46,895 bases of DNA from Candidatus Micrarchaeota archaeon (GCA_043806595.1 JAZDGU010000034.1:1-46895); one strand, 5' to 3'. Shown: positions 8,811 to 16,636, numbered from the stretch's first letter. The notes: generated by a model not told the origin, from the letters alone. Translations and numbers: made by a program.

Positions 8811-9153
8811 GATTGGTCGTGAACGGGAGGTTGTCGAAATACTGGAGAAACTGAAGGACCACGAGCTGTTCCCGCAACCCATCAAAGACGGGTTTATTCT
8901 CCACATAGGCGAAGGGCACATGTATGCCGAGCAGGCGTTGAACAAAAAAATGGATTTGATCTCGTTCGAGCGCAGGTTGGAGCTTATGGCGAGACTCCCG
9001 CGGGACATCCCCAATTCCGAATGGCGGATTGCGGTGCTCATGCACTTATTGGAAAAAATCGGCCATTCGCCCGATAGGTTCGACTTCAAGTTGTTGGCAG
9101 CGCGACGGAACCTGCCGGAACGCATTGAGGTAAAAATCAAGCCGCAAAAATGA
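8803..9153 (+). CDS. Hypothetical protein (starts in repeat 2, stops in repeat 3)
   Basis: 116-aa ORF beginning MNK. Confidence 0.75.
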   Translation: MNKIGREREVVEILEKLKDHELFPQPIKDGFILHIGEGHMYAEQALNKKMDLISFERRLELMARLPRDIPNSEWRIAVLMHLLEKIGHSPDRFDFKLLAARRNLPERIEVKIKPQK

Positions 9154-9174
9154 GGTTCGTATCGGTATGAACAA
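9150..9174 (+). repeat. 25-bp gene-junction repeat copy 3
   Basis: ATGAGGTTCGTATCGGTATGAACAA. Confidence 0.95.
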
Positions 9175-9646
9175 CGAAGCTATTGAAAAAATCCGGTTGA
9201 TGAAGTTTCCGAAACAATTAAACTTCGAGTCAGAGGGCGAAGGGGAAGGCCGTACATTCTCGTCAAAATTTGAAATCTTGACCGGCGACTCGGAAAATCC
9301 GTCTAGCCATACCGGAATCCTGCGTTTAACCCATCGAACATCAGTGTTTGAGCTCAGGATGGCAGTTCCCGGCGGCCAGATGCCTTTCTCCGTCATTGCC
9401 ATGCACGACCGGCCCCGCGGAAAGCCGCTCCTCACCCACTTCGCGGATATCCCTGAACCTACTGGACGATTGATTTGGCACAAACAGACTGAAGTCGAAG
9501 ATCCCGCTTTCCAACGGTCAATGAACGGGCTCATTGCCCAATTGATTCGAAGGCCTGCAGTAGAACCGGAAGGACTTGGAGGCGAACAGTTTGCCGCGTT
9601 TCAAAGGCAACTGCGGCGTTTGAAGAGAATTTTCCCCAAAACATGA
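9167..9646 (+). CDS. Hypothetical protein (starts in repeat 3, stops in repeat 4)
   Basis: 159-aa ORF beginning MNN. Confidence 0.75.
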   Translation: MNNEAIEKIRLMKFPKQLNFESEGEGEGRTFSSKFEILTGDSENPSSHTGILRLTHRTSVFELRMAVPGGQMPFSVIAMHDRPRGKPLLTHFADIPEPTGRLIWHKQTEVEDPAFQRSMNGLIAQLIRRPAVEPEGLGGEQFAAFQRQLRRLKRIFPKT

Positions 9647-9667
9647 GGTTCGTATCGGTATGAACAA
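9643..9667 (+). repeat. 25-bp gene-junction repeat copy 4
   Basis: ATGAGGTTCGTATCGGTATGAACAA. Confidence 0.95.
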
Positions 9668-10133
9668 GTTATTGAAAAAATATTGGCATTGGATTGAACT
9701 TCTTGGCGTATTGGCTGCTATTGGCTTATTGGTCATTGGTATTCTCGGTTATCTTAGCGATCAGGAACAAAAAAATATTCAACAAAAAGGGTATACGCTT
9801 GAAGAAGCCAAAGCTGCAATCTCATTTTCAGAGAACCTTTTCACCCAATGGAAGGATTGTTGCCAAAACCATTCAAGTTCATGCTCATCCGAACTATCAA
9901 GTCAAAATTGCACAATATTCTTAACCCGATTAGATAAACAAATTCAAGATATGAAGAAGCAAATGTCTGTAGGAGACTATAATGGCGTTATTCGTTCAAG
10001 AAATGCTGTTAGCGCATTTGTCCCAAGTCAATCGCTTCCTTTCATGGCTGGGCCGGATTATACGATTTTGATTATCGTAATAATTGTCTTTGCTGTAGGT
10101 TTCTATTACTATTTTTTTCAACATCCCAAATAG
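9660..10133 (+). CDS. Membrane protein with two TM helices and a Cys-containing loop; AT-rich
   Basis: Begins MNK in repeat 4. N- and C-terminal hydrophobic helices and a CCQNHSSSC..C loop. Visibly the most AT-rich gene in the window. Confidence 0.75.
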   Translation: MNKLLKKYWHWIELLGVLAAIGLLVIGILGYLSDQEQKNIQQKGYTLEEAKAAISFSENLFTQWKDCCQNHSSSCSSELSSQNCTIFLTRLDKQIQDMKKQMSVGDYNGVIRSRNAVSAFVPSQSLPFMAGPDYTILIIVIIVFAVGFYYYFFQHPK

Positions 10134-10378
10134 CATGATGGAATATGAGTTTGAAATCAGGTTGTCGTTGTATTATAACGCGATAACCAAAAAACAATGC
10201 ACCCGGGCGGGAAAACCCGTCGGTTGCACCGTGGCGGTATGGTGGGAGAAAGTGGGGCCATGAGGGGTTGCCTAAGCGCCCTCTTCAGGCCCAAAGAAAT
10301 GAAAAATGGCAAAAAACCGATGGCGCTACACTCTAGCGGTATATTCTGTTCGAAGAAAATAGGGAGTGTTTTATTGTT

Positions 10379-10843
10379 ATGGGAATATTTGGGAAAATTT
10401 TTCAAAGGGAGCAGAGAAAAGAAACTCCACGAAAAGAAGTGCTTATTGTTTGCGCGCATGGTACAAATAGTAAAAGAATTGCCGACAATCTCGGATTATA
10501 TTTCGCAAAAAGGCGGAAACCAATAACTATGGTTTTTCGCCACGTACTGAAACCGTATCTTACCCCGACGGAATTGGTTTCGGATGAAGATATCAGGAGA
10601 GCTTCATTAATTTTGGCGCCCGGACCGTTAGGGCAATTAGTTGAGACCGGGCATGGTATGAATTTTCAAGGATTTCTTCCGCCCGAGGAATACAAGGAAA
10701 GATGGGGTTGGCTGGCCGAACGCGTCAAGATAAACCGGAAGAAAGTGGTTCCGTATTTCGATGAGGACAGAAATAAATTCGTTCCAACAGGGCGGTTGGG
10801 AAAGAAAGTTTTGGAAGCTTTAAAGGGTAGTTCATCCCGGTAA
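10379..10843 (+). CDS. PTS EIIB/LMW-PTP-like Cys-loop protein, paralog 1
   Basis: EVLIVCAHGTNSKRIA, ASLILAP and KKVVPYFD segments shared with neighbouring paralogs. Confidence 0.65.
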   Translation: MGIFGKIFQREQRKETPRKEVLIVCAHGTNSKRIADNLGLYFAKRRKPITMVFRHVLKPYLTPTELVSDEDIRRASLILAPGPLGQLVETGHGMNFQGFLPPEEYKERWGWLAERVKINRKKVVPYFDEDRNKFVPTGRLGKKVLEALKGSSSR

Positions 10844-10860
10844 GAACACAAGTGAGTTGA

Positions 10861-11289
10861 ATGAGAAAAATAATTGAACGGTTGTTTTCCAGGCCGCGGG
10901 AAAGAAACACGCGGCACGTAATCGTCGCGTGCGAAGACAACATCACCAGCGCCGCCGTGGCAAAAACTCTAAGAGAAGTATTTCGAGAAAATTTCCCCTC
11001 GCATGCAATCCAGGTGAGAACAATGAAACTCGATGCGCTTTTGAGCCGGAAACGGGCACAAGAGGCCGATGTAATCGTATGCTCGTACCCGCAGGATTTG
11101 TTGAAACAAGCCCCCCGCAGGTGGCCCGAGCTATTTAAAGCCGCCCAAGGCAAGCCTATTCTGTCTTTCTTTCGCGAAGATTATACGGGAGAACACGCAA
11201 ACGACCCCGTATTGTCGAGTGATTTCCTGGCAAAACGGATATTGGAGTCCCTTCGGCTCAGTACGAAGACTCAGAGTTCATCCAAGTAA
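10861..11289 (+). CDS. PTS EIIB/LMW-PTP-like Cys-loop protein, paralog 2
   Basis: HVIVACEDNITSAAVA, EADVIVC and KPILSFF segments. Confidence 0.65.
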   Translation: MRKIIERLFSRPRERNTRHVIVACEDNITSAAVAKTLREVFRENFPSHAIQVRTMKLDALLSRKRAQEADVIVCSYPQDLLKQAPRRWPELFKAAQGKPILSFFREDYTGEHANDPVLSSDFLAKRILESLRLSTKTQSSSK

Positions 11290-11304
11290 GAACAAGCGGT
11301 TTCG

Positions 11305-11808
11305 ATGGTTCGGATGGAAAAGCCCAAAAAACTGAGGATTGAACGCTGGCAGGATCTGTCCCCTGGCAGGCAGGAGAAGATCAAAGGCTTCCTTCGCGGA
11401 ATCCCGGACAGCCCTATAATCACTTTCACCGCAGAAGACTTCTTCGCGGGAAGCGACCGGGCCATCCACGTGGCTCGCGTAGGGAATGAAATAGCGGGCC
11501 TCGTGTTTGCACAAATCGATTCCCTCGGAGGGCTGGCACATTCCGGCGTGGTGCATCCTGGCTTTCGAAGAAAGGGCATCGGAGGACGGCTTTTCCTTGA
11601 AAGCCTTGCGTGGATGAAAAAGCGGGGGGCCGCCGTAGCGGAATTACCGGTGTCCAATCCAAGGCTTTCGTATCGGTTGCGGGAACTCGGATTTGAGTCC
11701 AAATGGAGGAGCAGGCCAAGGCTCCCGGGAACCCCTCAGACCATACATTTTTTTATCCCGCTGCATGAAAGGCAGTCGTGGGAAAAGCTTAGGACCCTAC
11801 TGAAATAG
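11305..11808 (+). CDS. GNAT family N-acetyltransferase
   Basis: Acetyl-CoA motif A VHPGFRRKGIGGRL, then N...LGF. Confidence 0.88.
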   Translation: MVRMEKPKKLRIERWQDLSPGRQEKIKGFLRGIPDSPIITFTAEDFFAGSDRAIHVARVGNEIAGLVFAQIDSLGGLAHSGVVHPGFRRKGIGGRLFLESLAWMKKRGAAVAELPVSNPRLSYRLRELGFESKWRSRPRLPGTPQTIHFFIPLHERQSWEKLRTLLK

Positions 11809-11845
11809 GTCCTTCAGGATTAGAGAGAGAGATTCGGGATTGGGA

Positions 11846-12262
11846 ATGGCGAAAAAAATCCTGGTGGTATGCAATTACGGGAACCACAGCCGGGAAGTCG
11901 CCGAGAAGATGAACGGAATTTTCGAGGCAAGAAGGCACGACATCCGGGCTTTTCATCTCCCAGGCGGGGCAATAAACGGAGAATATTCGAGGAAGTCCCT
12001 CAATTCCTTTGCTTTGATTCTTACCCCCGCAGGCAACGAGGAGCTCAGGCATGCAAGGCACCTGCGAAAGATCGTGACCGGAGAACCCAGCGGGTCTCAG
12101 AAACTGGCTTGGACGAGGTTTGCTGAGCTGCTTGGAAGAAGGAAAGTCATTCCTTTCTTTGACACAACCGGATACACGGACGTAAAGCCGGAAACACTCG
12201 CAGAAACGGTACTCGAAAGAATCCGAAGGATGCCCCCGAAGGAAAGGCGGAAAACGGGATAG
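11846..12262 (+). CDS. PTS EIIB/LMW-PTP-like Cys-loop protein, paralog 3
   Basis: KKILVVCNYGNHSREVA, FALILTP and LAWTRF..RKVIPFFD segments. Confidence 0.65.
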   Translation: MAKKILVVCNYGNHSREVAEKMNGIFEARRHDIRAFHLPGGAINGEYSRKSLNSFALILTPAGNEELRHARHLRKIVTGEPSGSQKLAWTRFAELLGRRKVIPFFDTTGYTDVKPETLAETVLERIRRMPPKERRKTG

Positions 12263-12330
12263 AATAAATTTGTTCGCCGGGGGCAGGGTTTTATACACCC
12301 GCGGGTGTTGCAATATGTTGAGCCGGAGCT

Positions 12331-12811
12331 ACGGCAAAAAGTATCCTCATCGCCTGCAACGAAGGAATAGTCGGCAAGCTCGTATCCGGGATGCTTGCAG
12401 AAGAGCTCGAGAGGCTGGAACGGCTGGTCGGCCCTGTCGAAAACGTCGAATTTATTTCGAAAGGAATCCTAAAAGCGCAGCCTTCGGATGAAGAGATGAA
12501 AGCAGCGGATTTCGTTCTAGCCCCGTTCACCGAATCCGAGTCCGGGGAAATTCACGTCCCCTCTTGGTGAGGAACAGGAGATTGCCCTTGCCTGGCGCAA
12601 GTTTCTCACGTCCGCGGGAGCCAACGGCAAGCGGATTATCGCCTATTACGACGCGGAGAAGGGTGACCTCGTTGAACCGGCGCGGATTGCAGTCCAACTT
12701 GAATTAAAAACCGGTAGAAAGGAAACGATCCCAAAGGACGCCCTTTCTCTTAAGCCCGAAAAAAACGGAAGAGGCGTGCTTCATAGGTGGAAAGGCGGCG
12801 TACTGCGATAA
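12331..12811 (+). pseudogene. Frameshifted fourth Cys-loop paralog
   Basis: ACG-GCA-AAA gives (T)AKSILIACNEG..AADFVLAP up to TGA at 12568-12570. The +1 frame continues LAWRKF..KRIIAYYD to TAA at 12809-12811, matching paralog 3. Confidence 0.7.
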
Positions 12812-12896
12812 GTCTCATCCGCAAACGTATGACCGTACCCCTTAAAGGCGCTTGCACGCCAATAACCGGACGTAGCACGTTCAGGGGAATCGCATC

Positions 12897-13559
12897 ATGA
12901 GACTCAAGGGCGTCGCGGGAGCGTTGTCCAAGCCGCATGTTTACGCGTGGGAGAAGGAGTACCGCACCGGCAGGGGCAGGTGGAGGGGCACGACTAACTT
13001 CGAGCTCAAGCTTCCAAAGAAAAGCAGGGTACTGGAGGTCGGCTGCGGGAACGGCAAGCATCTCAGCGCACTCATCGACAAGGGATTCGAGGTTTACGCC
13101 ATTGACGTCTCGCCGTCTGCGGTGAAGCTGGCAAAGGAGCTGGCTGAATTCCATAAGGCCGCGGCAACGATTGCTGTAGGCGACGCCTGCTCGATGGACT
13201 TCAGGAACGACTTCTTCGACGCGGTATTCCTTTTCCACGTGATAGGGCATTTGAGCGAAACGGAAAGGAGGGCCGCGGTCGCGGAGGCCTTTCGCGTGCT
13301 CAGAAAGGGGGGAAGATGTTACTTCCGGGGGTTCGCTGAAGGCGATTTGAGGTACGGGAAGGGAAAGGAGGTGGAGAAGGCCACGTTCAGGAGGGGAACA
13401 AACGTCTGGGTGCATTATTTTTCGGCCGGGGAGGCGAGGGACCTGTTCGGGGCCGCCGGTTTCGTGACGGAGGAGCTCGGGACGGAAAAGTGGCATGTCT
13501 GGTTCAGGGGCAAGCCGTATGAAAGGAGGGAAATCAGGGGGATTTTTAAGAAGGCGTGA
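12897..13559 (+). CDS. Class I SAM-dependent methyltransferase
   Basis: VLEVGCGNG, AIDVS, FDAV..HL and RVLRKGG motifs. Confidence 0.92.
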   Translation: MRLKGVAGALSKPHVYAWEKEYRTGRGRWRGTTNFELKLPKKSRVLEVGCGNGKHLSALIDKGFEVYAIDVSPSAVKLAKELAEFHKAAATIAVGDACSMDFRNDFFDAVFLFHVIGHLSETERRAAVAEAFRVLRKGGRCYFRGFAEGDLRYGKGKEVEKATFRRGTNVWVHYFSAGEARDLFGAAGFVTEELGTEKWHVWFRGKPYERREIRGIFKKA

Positions 13560-13581
13560 GGATATTATCTCGGGAATCCGG

Positions 13582-13776
13582 ATGGAAAAACAGCGGTCTT
13601 ACCTGAATCTCGCCATCCTCGCGGCGGTGTTCATCGCGGTCTGGCTCGTCGTTCGCACTGCCGTGCGCGGCGAGTTAGGCTCGTGGAGCACGCCCGTGCT
13701 CGCGGTGTTCTTCCTCGTTCTTGCTTGGCTTTGGTGGAGGCAGAGGAAGCTGAAACAAAGGGGTGGGCGCGTATGA
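13582..13776 (+). CDS. Small 2-TM membrane protein
   Basis: Two hydrophobic helices and a basic C-tail. ATGA overlap with the next gene. Confidence 0.65.
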   Translation: MEKQRSYLNLAILAAVFIAVWLVVRTAVRGELGSWSTPVLAVFFLVLAWLWWRQRKLKQRGGRV

Positions 13777-13925
13777 AGTTCAGCTGGATAGGTCTTTTCC
13801 TCGTGGCATGGGGCCTTTACGAGCTGGCGCGCATATACGGCTATGTCAGCGCCAGCTTTCCGTTCTTCCCCGCTGCGCTCGTCGTCCTCGGTCTGGCGAT
13901 GATCTGGGGAAAGGCAAGGGAATGA
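13773..13925 (+). CDS. Small 2-TM membrane protein (LiaF/LiaI TM-like)
   Basis: MKFSWIGLFLVAWG..FFPAALVVLGLAMI pattern. Confidence 0.6.
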   Translation: MKFSWIGLFLVAWGLYELARIYGYVSASFPFFPAALVVLGLAMIWGKARE

Positions 13926-14009
13926 AGACCGGCAAACGACTCATGTTGACCACATCCGATCCGCGGAATCCTGTATTTGAGCGAACGCCGTAAACCGGCA
14001 TTTGATGAG

Positions 14010-15497
14010 ATGGCAAACGGAAGGAGGAGTGAAAGGCGGAGCGTGAGGCGGGCTTACAGCCCTTTTTGGCCGGGACAGGTGCCCCGAGAGAGGGTCGCCG
14101 GTGACGAGTTCGGGGGAAGGACATTCGCCGACCGCATGCTTCGAAAGGCTGCGCGAATGCTTCCCGGTCTCCAGCCGCTTTCGGCGCCCATCATTAATAT
14201 GCTCTCCCGGGCAATCCAGTCACCGTTAGTCATGGGTACGACTCTAAGATTGCCGACGTACGCGCGTTCGAGGAAATCGAAAATCCAGGGGAGCAGGCTC
14301 AACACCCCGTGGGTGTTTTGGCCAACAAAGGGCCCCCCTTCCAAAACGGATCTCCCGCAAAACGGTTTTTTCCTTGTAACTACGAAGAGGATAGGCGAGC
14401 CGCCGTTCGTTATCCTCAACCCGCACGGCGAACCCGAAAAAATCGGCCCCGAGATAAGAAAAGTGAGCGAGGTGCTGGCCGAGAAGTCGGGAAAGCCGGT
14501 CATAGTGAAAAACCCGCATCCCATGCTCATCCCGCATCTTGAAAAACTGGGCTTCAGGCATTACAAGACAGGCAGGAAAGTCCTGGGAATTACATTCGGA
14601 CGGCACCAATGGAGCAGGGGCGCCCCCCAAGACGACAGCACATATAAGCCAAGGGTTGCGTTTTTCCCGACGATAATGAATTGGACCGGCCAGAGGCCCG
14701 CAAGTTTGCTCAAGCGCATGCACCAGTTGACGCTCAAGCTTCGGCAGTCGGGTTTGACCTTGACCGTCGAAAACTACAACCCGGACTTCCAACGTCACAG
14801 AAATGACGCTGCGGCAATCCTCCAATCCGCTGCAAACCGGTTTGAGATGCGAAAGGGCGAAAACCCGCAAAACGTGATAGACGCGCACAGGGACATCATT
14901 TCCATCAAACCACGCAGATTCGGGGACTCGACAAGCTTCATCCTGTATGCGATCTCCAAGGGCAAGAGGGGAAACAGGAAGAAAATCCCGATAGGATTCT
15001 CCTCCTACGAGAAAATCGGCGAATTCGACCCGAAGGACGTTGAGGGCTTGTCGAAAATGGGGGTGAGTGCGGAAGACGTAGAGAAAATCCGTCTTGCTTT
15101 GAAAAATCTGGATGAATTCGCCCGCGCAAACGACAAGATAATTCCGGAGAAATTTCCCGTCTATTCCGTCGACGCGGGATTTGCGCGAAACGACGTAATC
15201 GTCAAGCAGACCGGGCTCGCGCTGGCAATAAACTCCATGGTCCGGATGAGCAGGCTTAGCAGGGAAAACGAGTTTGCGATATTCGACATGGGGGGTTCCG
15301 AAACGCTGGGCCTCGACCTCTGGAAGGCTGGATTCGGGGGCTTCTCGTACGACAGCCACCACATGGTCTGGTATCCCAGGACTTCGGACAGGATTAAGAA
15401 ATTTGCAAGATATCCTCTCAGGGAGATATCGCGGAAACTGCACCTGGACGACCTTTGGTATTCAGTCAAGGGCAGGCCGAGGCTGCAGTTCCGCTAG
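14010..15497 (+). CDS. DUF2156/FemAB-like (aminoacyl-transferase GNAT-fold) protein with Arg-rich N-terminal extension
   Basis: C-terminal FDMGGSETLGLDLWKAGFG resembles the FemABX/MprF-C motif. PIGFSSYE strand and LEKLGF helix also present. Start uncertain. Confidence 0.55.
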   Translation: MANGRRSERRSVRRAYSPFWPGQVPRERVAGDEFGGRTFADRMLRKAARMLPGLQPLSAPIINMLSRAIQSPLVMGTTLRLPTYARSRKSKIQGSRLNTPWVFWPTKGPPSKTDLPQNGFFLVTTKRIGEPPFVILNPHGEPEKIGPEIRKVSEVLAEKSGKPVIVKNPHPMLIPHLEKLGFRHYKTGRKVLGITFGRHQWSRGAPQDDSTYKPRVAFFPTIMNWTGQRPASLLKRMHQLTLKLRQSGLTLTVENYNPDFQRHRNDAAAILQSAANRFEMRKGENPQNVIDAHRDIISIKPRRFGDSTSFILYAISKGKRGNRKKIPIGFSSYEKIGEFDPKDVEGLSKMGVSAEDVEKIRLALKNLDEFARANDKIIPEKFPVYSVDAGFARNDVIVKQTGLALAINSMVRMSRLSRENEFAIFDMGGSETLGLDLWKAGFGGFSYDSHHMVWYPRTSDRIKKFARYPLREISRKLHLDDLWYSVKGRPRLQFR

Positions 15498-16276
15498 CCC
15501 TTCCTCAAAGCATGACGAACGTCTTTCGACTTTTTCCATTTGCCGGGTTTACCGAGGCGCCAGAGCATGTGGAACTGCTTGCGGTACGAGTCCGCGAGCT
15601 CTTTGCTTACTATCTTGATGACTATCTGCGGCTTAGTCCAGAATATAATCGAAACCATGTCATCGTCAATAAGAGTAGCCGTCGGGTTGAATAGTTCCTT
15701 CGGGATGAAACGGTATTCAGTGGTCCCGCCCCCGGCGAAATGCACCGCCCCCTCGAAGGTGATCATCTTCTCCCGGATTCGGTACTTCTCCAACTGGCTG
15801 ACGAACCACCCCGAGAAAAAGGGTTCCTCCTGCAGGAAAAGCTCCTCGTCGACGCCCATGCCCAAATGCTCGACTCGCGTCCTCTTGAGCACATCGAGGA
15901 TATCCCGGAAAATCATGGTTGTCGCATTCGGGCCCTGGTAAATCTCGACGGCCGCAGGCGATTCTTGTGAGCCCATACCCCGGTGGAGCAACGGCAGGAT
16001 ACGGTCGAGGAGCCGCCTCTTCCTCTGGAGCACTTCGCCAAGCCTTTCCGGGTCCGCCGCCTTGAAGAATTTCCTCCCCTCTATCACCACGAATGTGACC
16101 AGACCCTTGTCCTGAAGCTGGCTGAGCGAGTCGTAGGTGGACGGCCGGTAGATGCCGCTTGACGCGGACACCTGCGATGCAGTCGACGGCCCGGCCTTGC
16201 ATAGCGCAAGGTAAATGCGGGCCTCGTTGCGCGTCAGCCCGAACTCGACCATCTCGTCCTCGAATCGTTCGGCCAT
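15494..16276 (-). CDS. TrmB-family transcriptional regulator
   Basis: FGLTRNEARIYLAL..GIYRPSTYDSLSQLQDKGLV wHTH, FKAADPE, VEIYQG and a C-terminal effector domain ending FHMLW. Confidence 0.9.
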   Translation of the reverse strand: MAERFEDEMVEFGLTRNEARIYLALCKAGPSTASQVSASSGIYRPSTYDSLSQLQDKGLVTFVVIEGRKFFKAADPERLGEVLQRKRRLLDRILPLLHRGMGSQESPAAVEIYQGPNATTMIFRDILDVLKRTRVEHLGMGVDEELFLQEEPFFSGWFVSQLEKYRIREKMITFEGAVHFAGGGTTEYRFIPKELFNPTATLIDDDMVSIIFWTKPQIVIKIVSKELADSYRKQFHMLWRLGKPGKWKKSKDVRHALRKG

Positions 16277-16309
16277 AACATCATTACGGCAATTGCGGTA
16301 TATTAAGTT

Positions 16310-16323
16310 GTCGTTTAAACGAC
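16310..16323. promoter_or_regulatory. Perfect 14-bp palindrome, candidate operator of the TrmB-like regulator
   Basis: GTCGTTTAAACGAC lies between divergent genes and contains a TATA-like TTTAAA. Confidence 0.5.
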
Positions 16324-16376
16324 GACAAACAATTATATCCGAGTATGTGGTGAGATAAGGCAAGGGGTGGTCGGGG

Positions 16377-16496
16377 GTGGTCGCTGGGATTCACGTTCTG
16401 CCGCTTTTCGCGGCGCTAATGTGGATTATTATCGCCCTGGCATTCGCGATCGCCCTGCACACCCTCCTCCGCTGCAACCAAGCGGAAGAGACCTGA
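16377..16496 (+). CDS. Putative 39-aa single-TM peptide (not in ORF track)
   Basis: GTG-start VVAGIHVLPLFAALMWIIIALAFAIALHTLLRCNQAEET with a GGGTGG SD upstream. Confidence 0.45.
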   Translation: MVAGIHVLPLFAALMWIIIALAFAIALHTLLRCNQAEET

Positions 16497-16636
16497 CCCT
16501 AATAGGAGGCAAACCTGGCTGGTGAACCCCCCGAGGCTCCCCGGATTCCATGAAGGGGACACCCCTTTGGGGCAAGCCATGCGCACATACGACTGTCTGA
16601 CGACGTTTTTTATACCCCAACGTACCATCGTAACCC

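Noticed and set aside
8403..9667. 25-bp repeats as a CRISPR array
   Set aside because: Intervening segments are 339-468 bp protein-coding genes of unequal length, and no cas genes are in the window.
8403..9667. Canonical integron attC sites
   Set aside because: Too short, lacking the R''-L''-L'-R' layout (GTT precedes AAC), and no IntI is visible. Kept only as an analogy.
10197..10526. 109-aa ORF overlapping the hairpin region
   Set aside because: It overlaps the 10379-10843 paralog in another frame and has no recognisable features.
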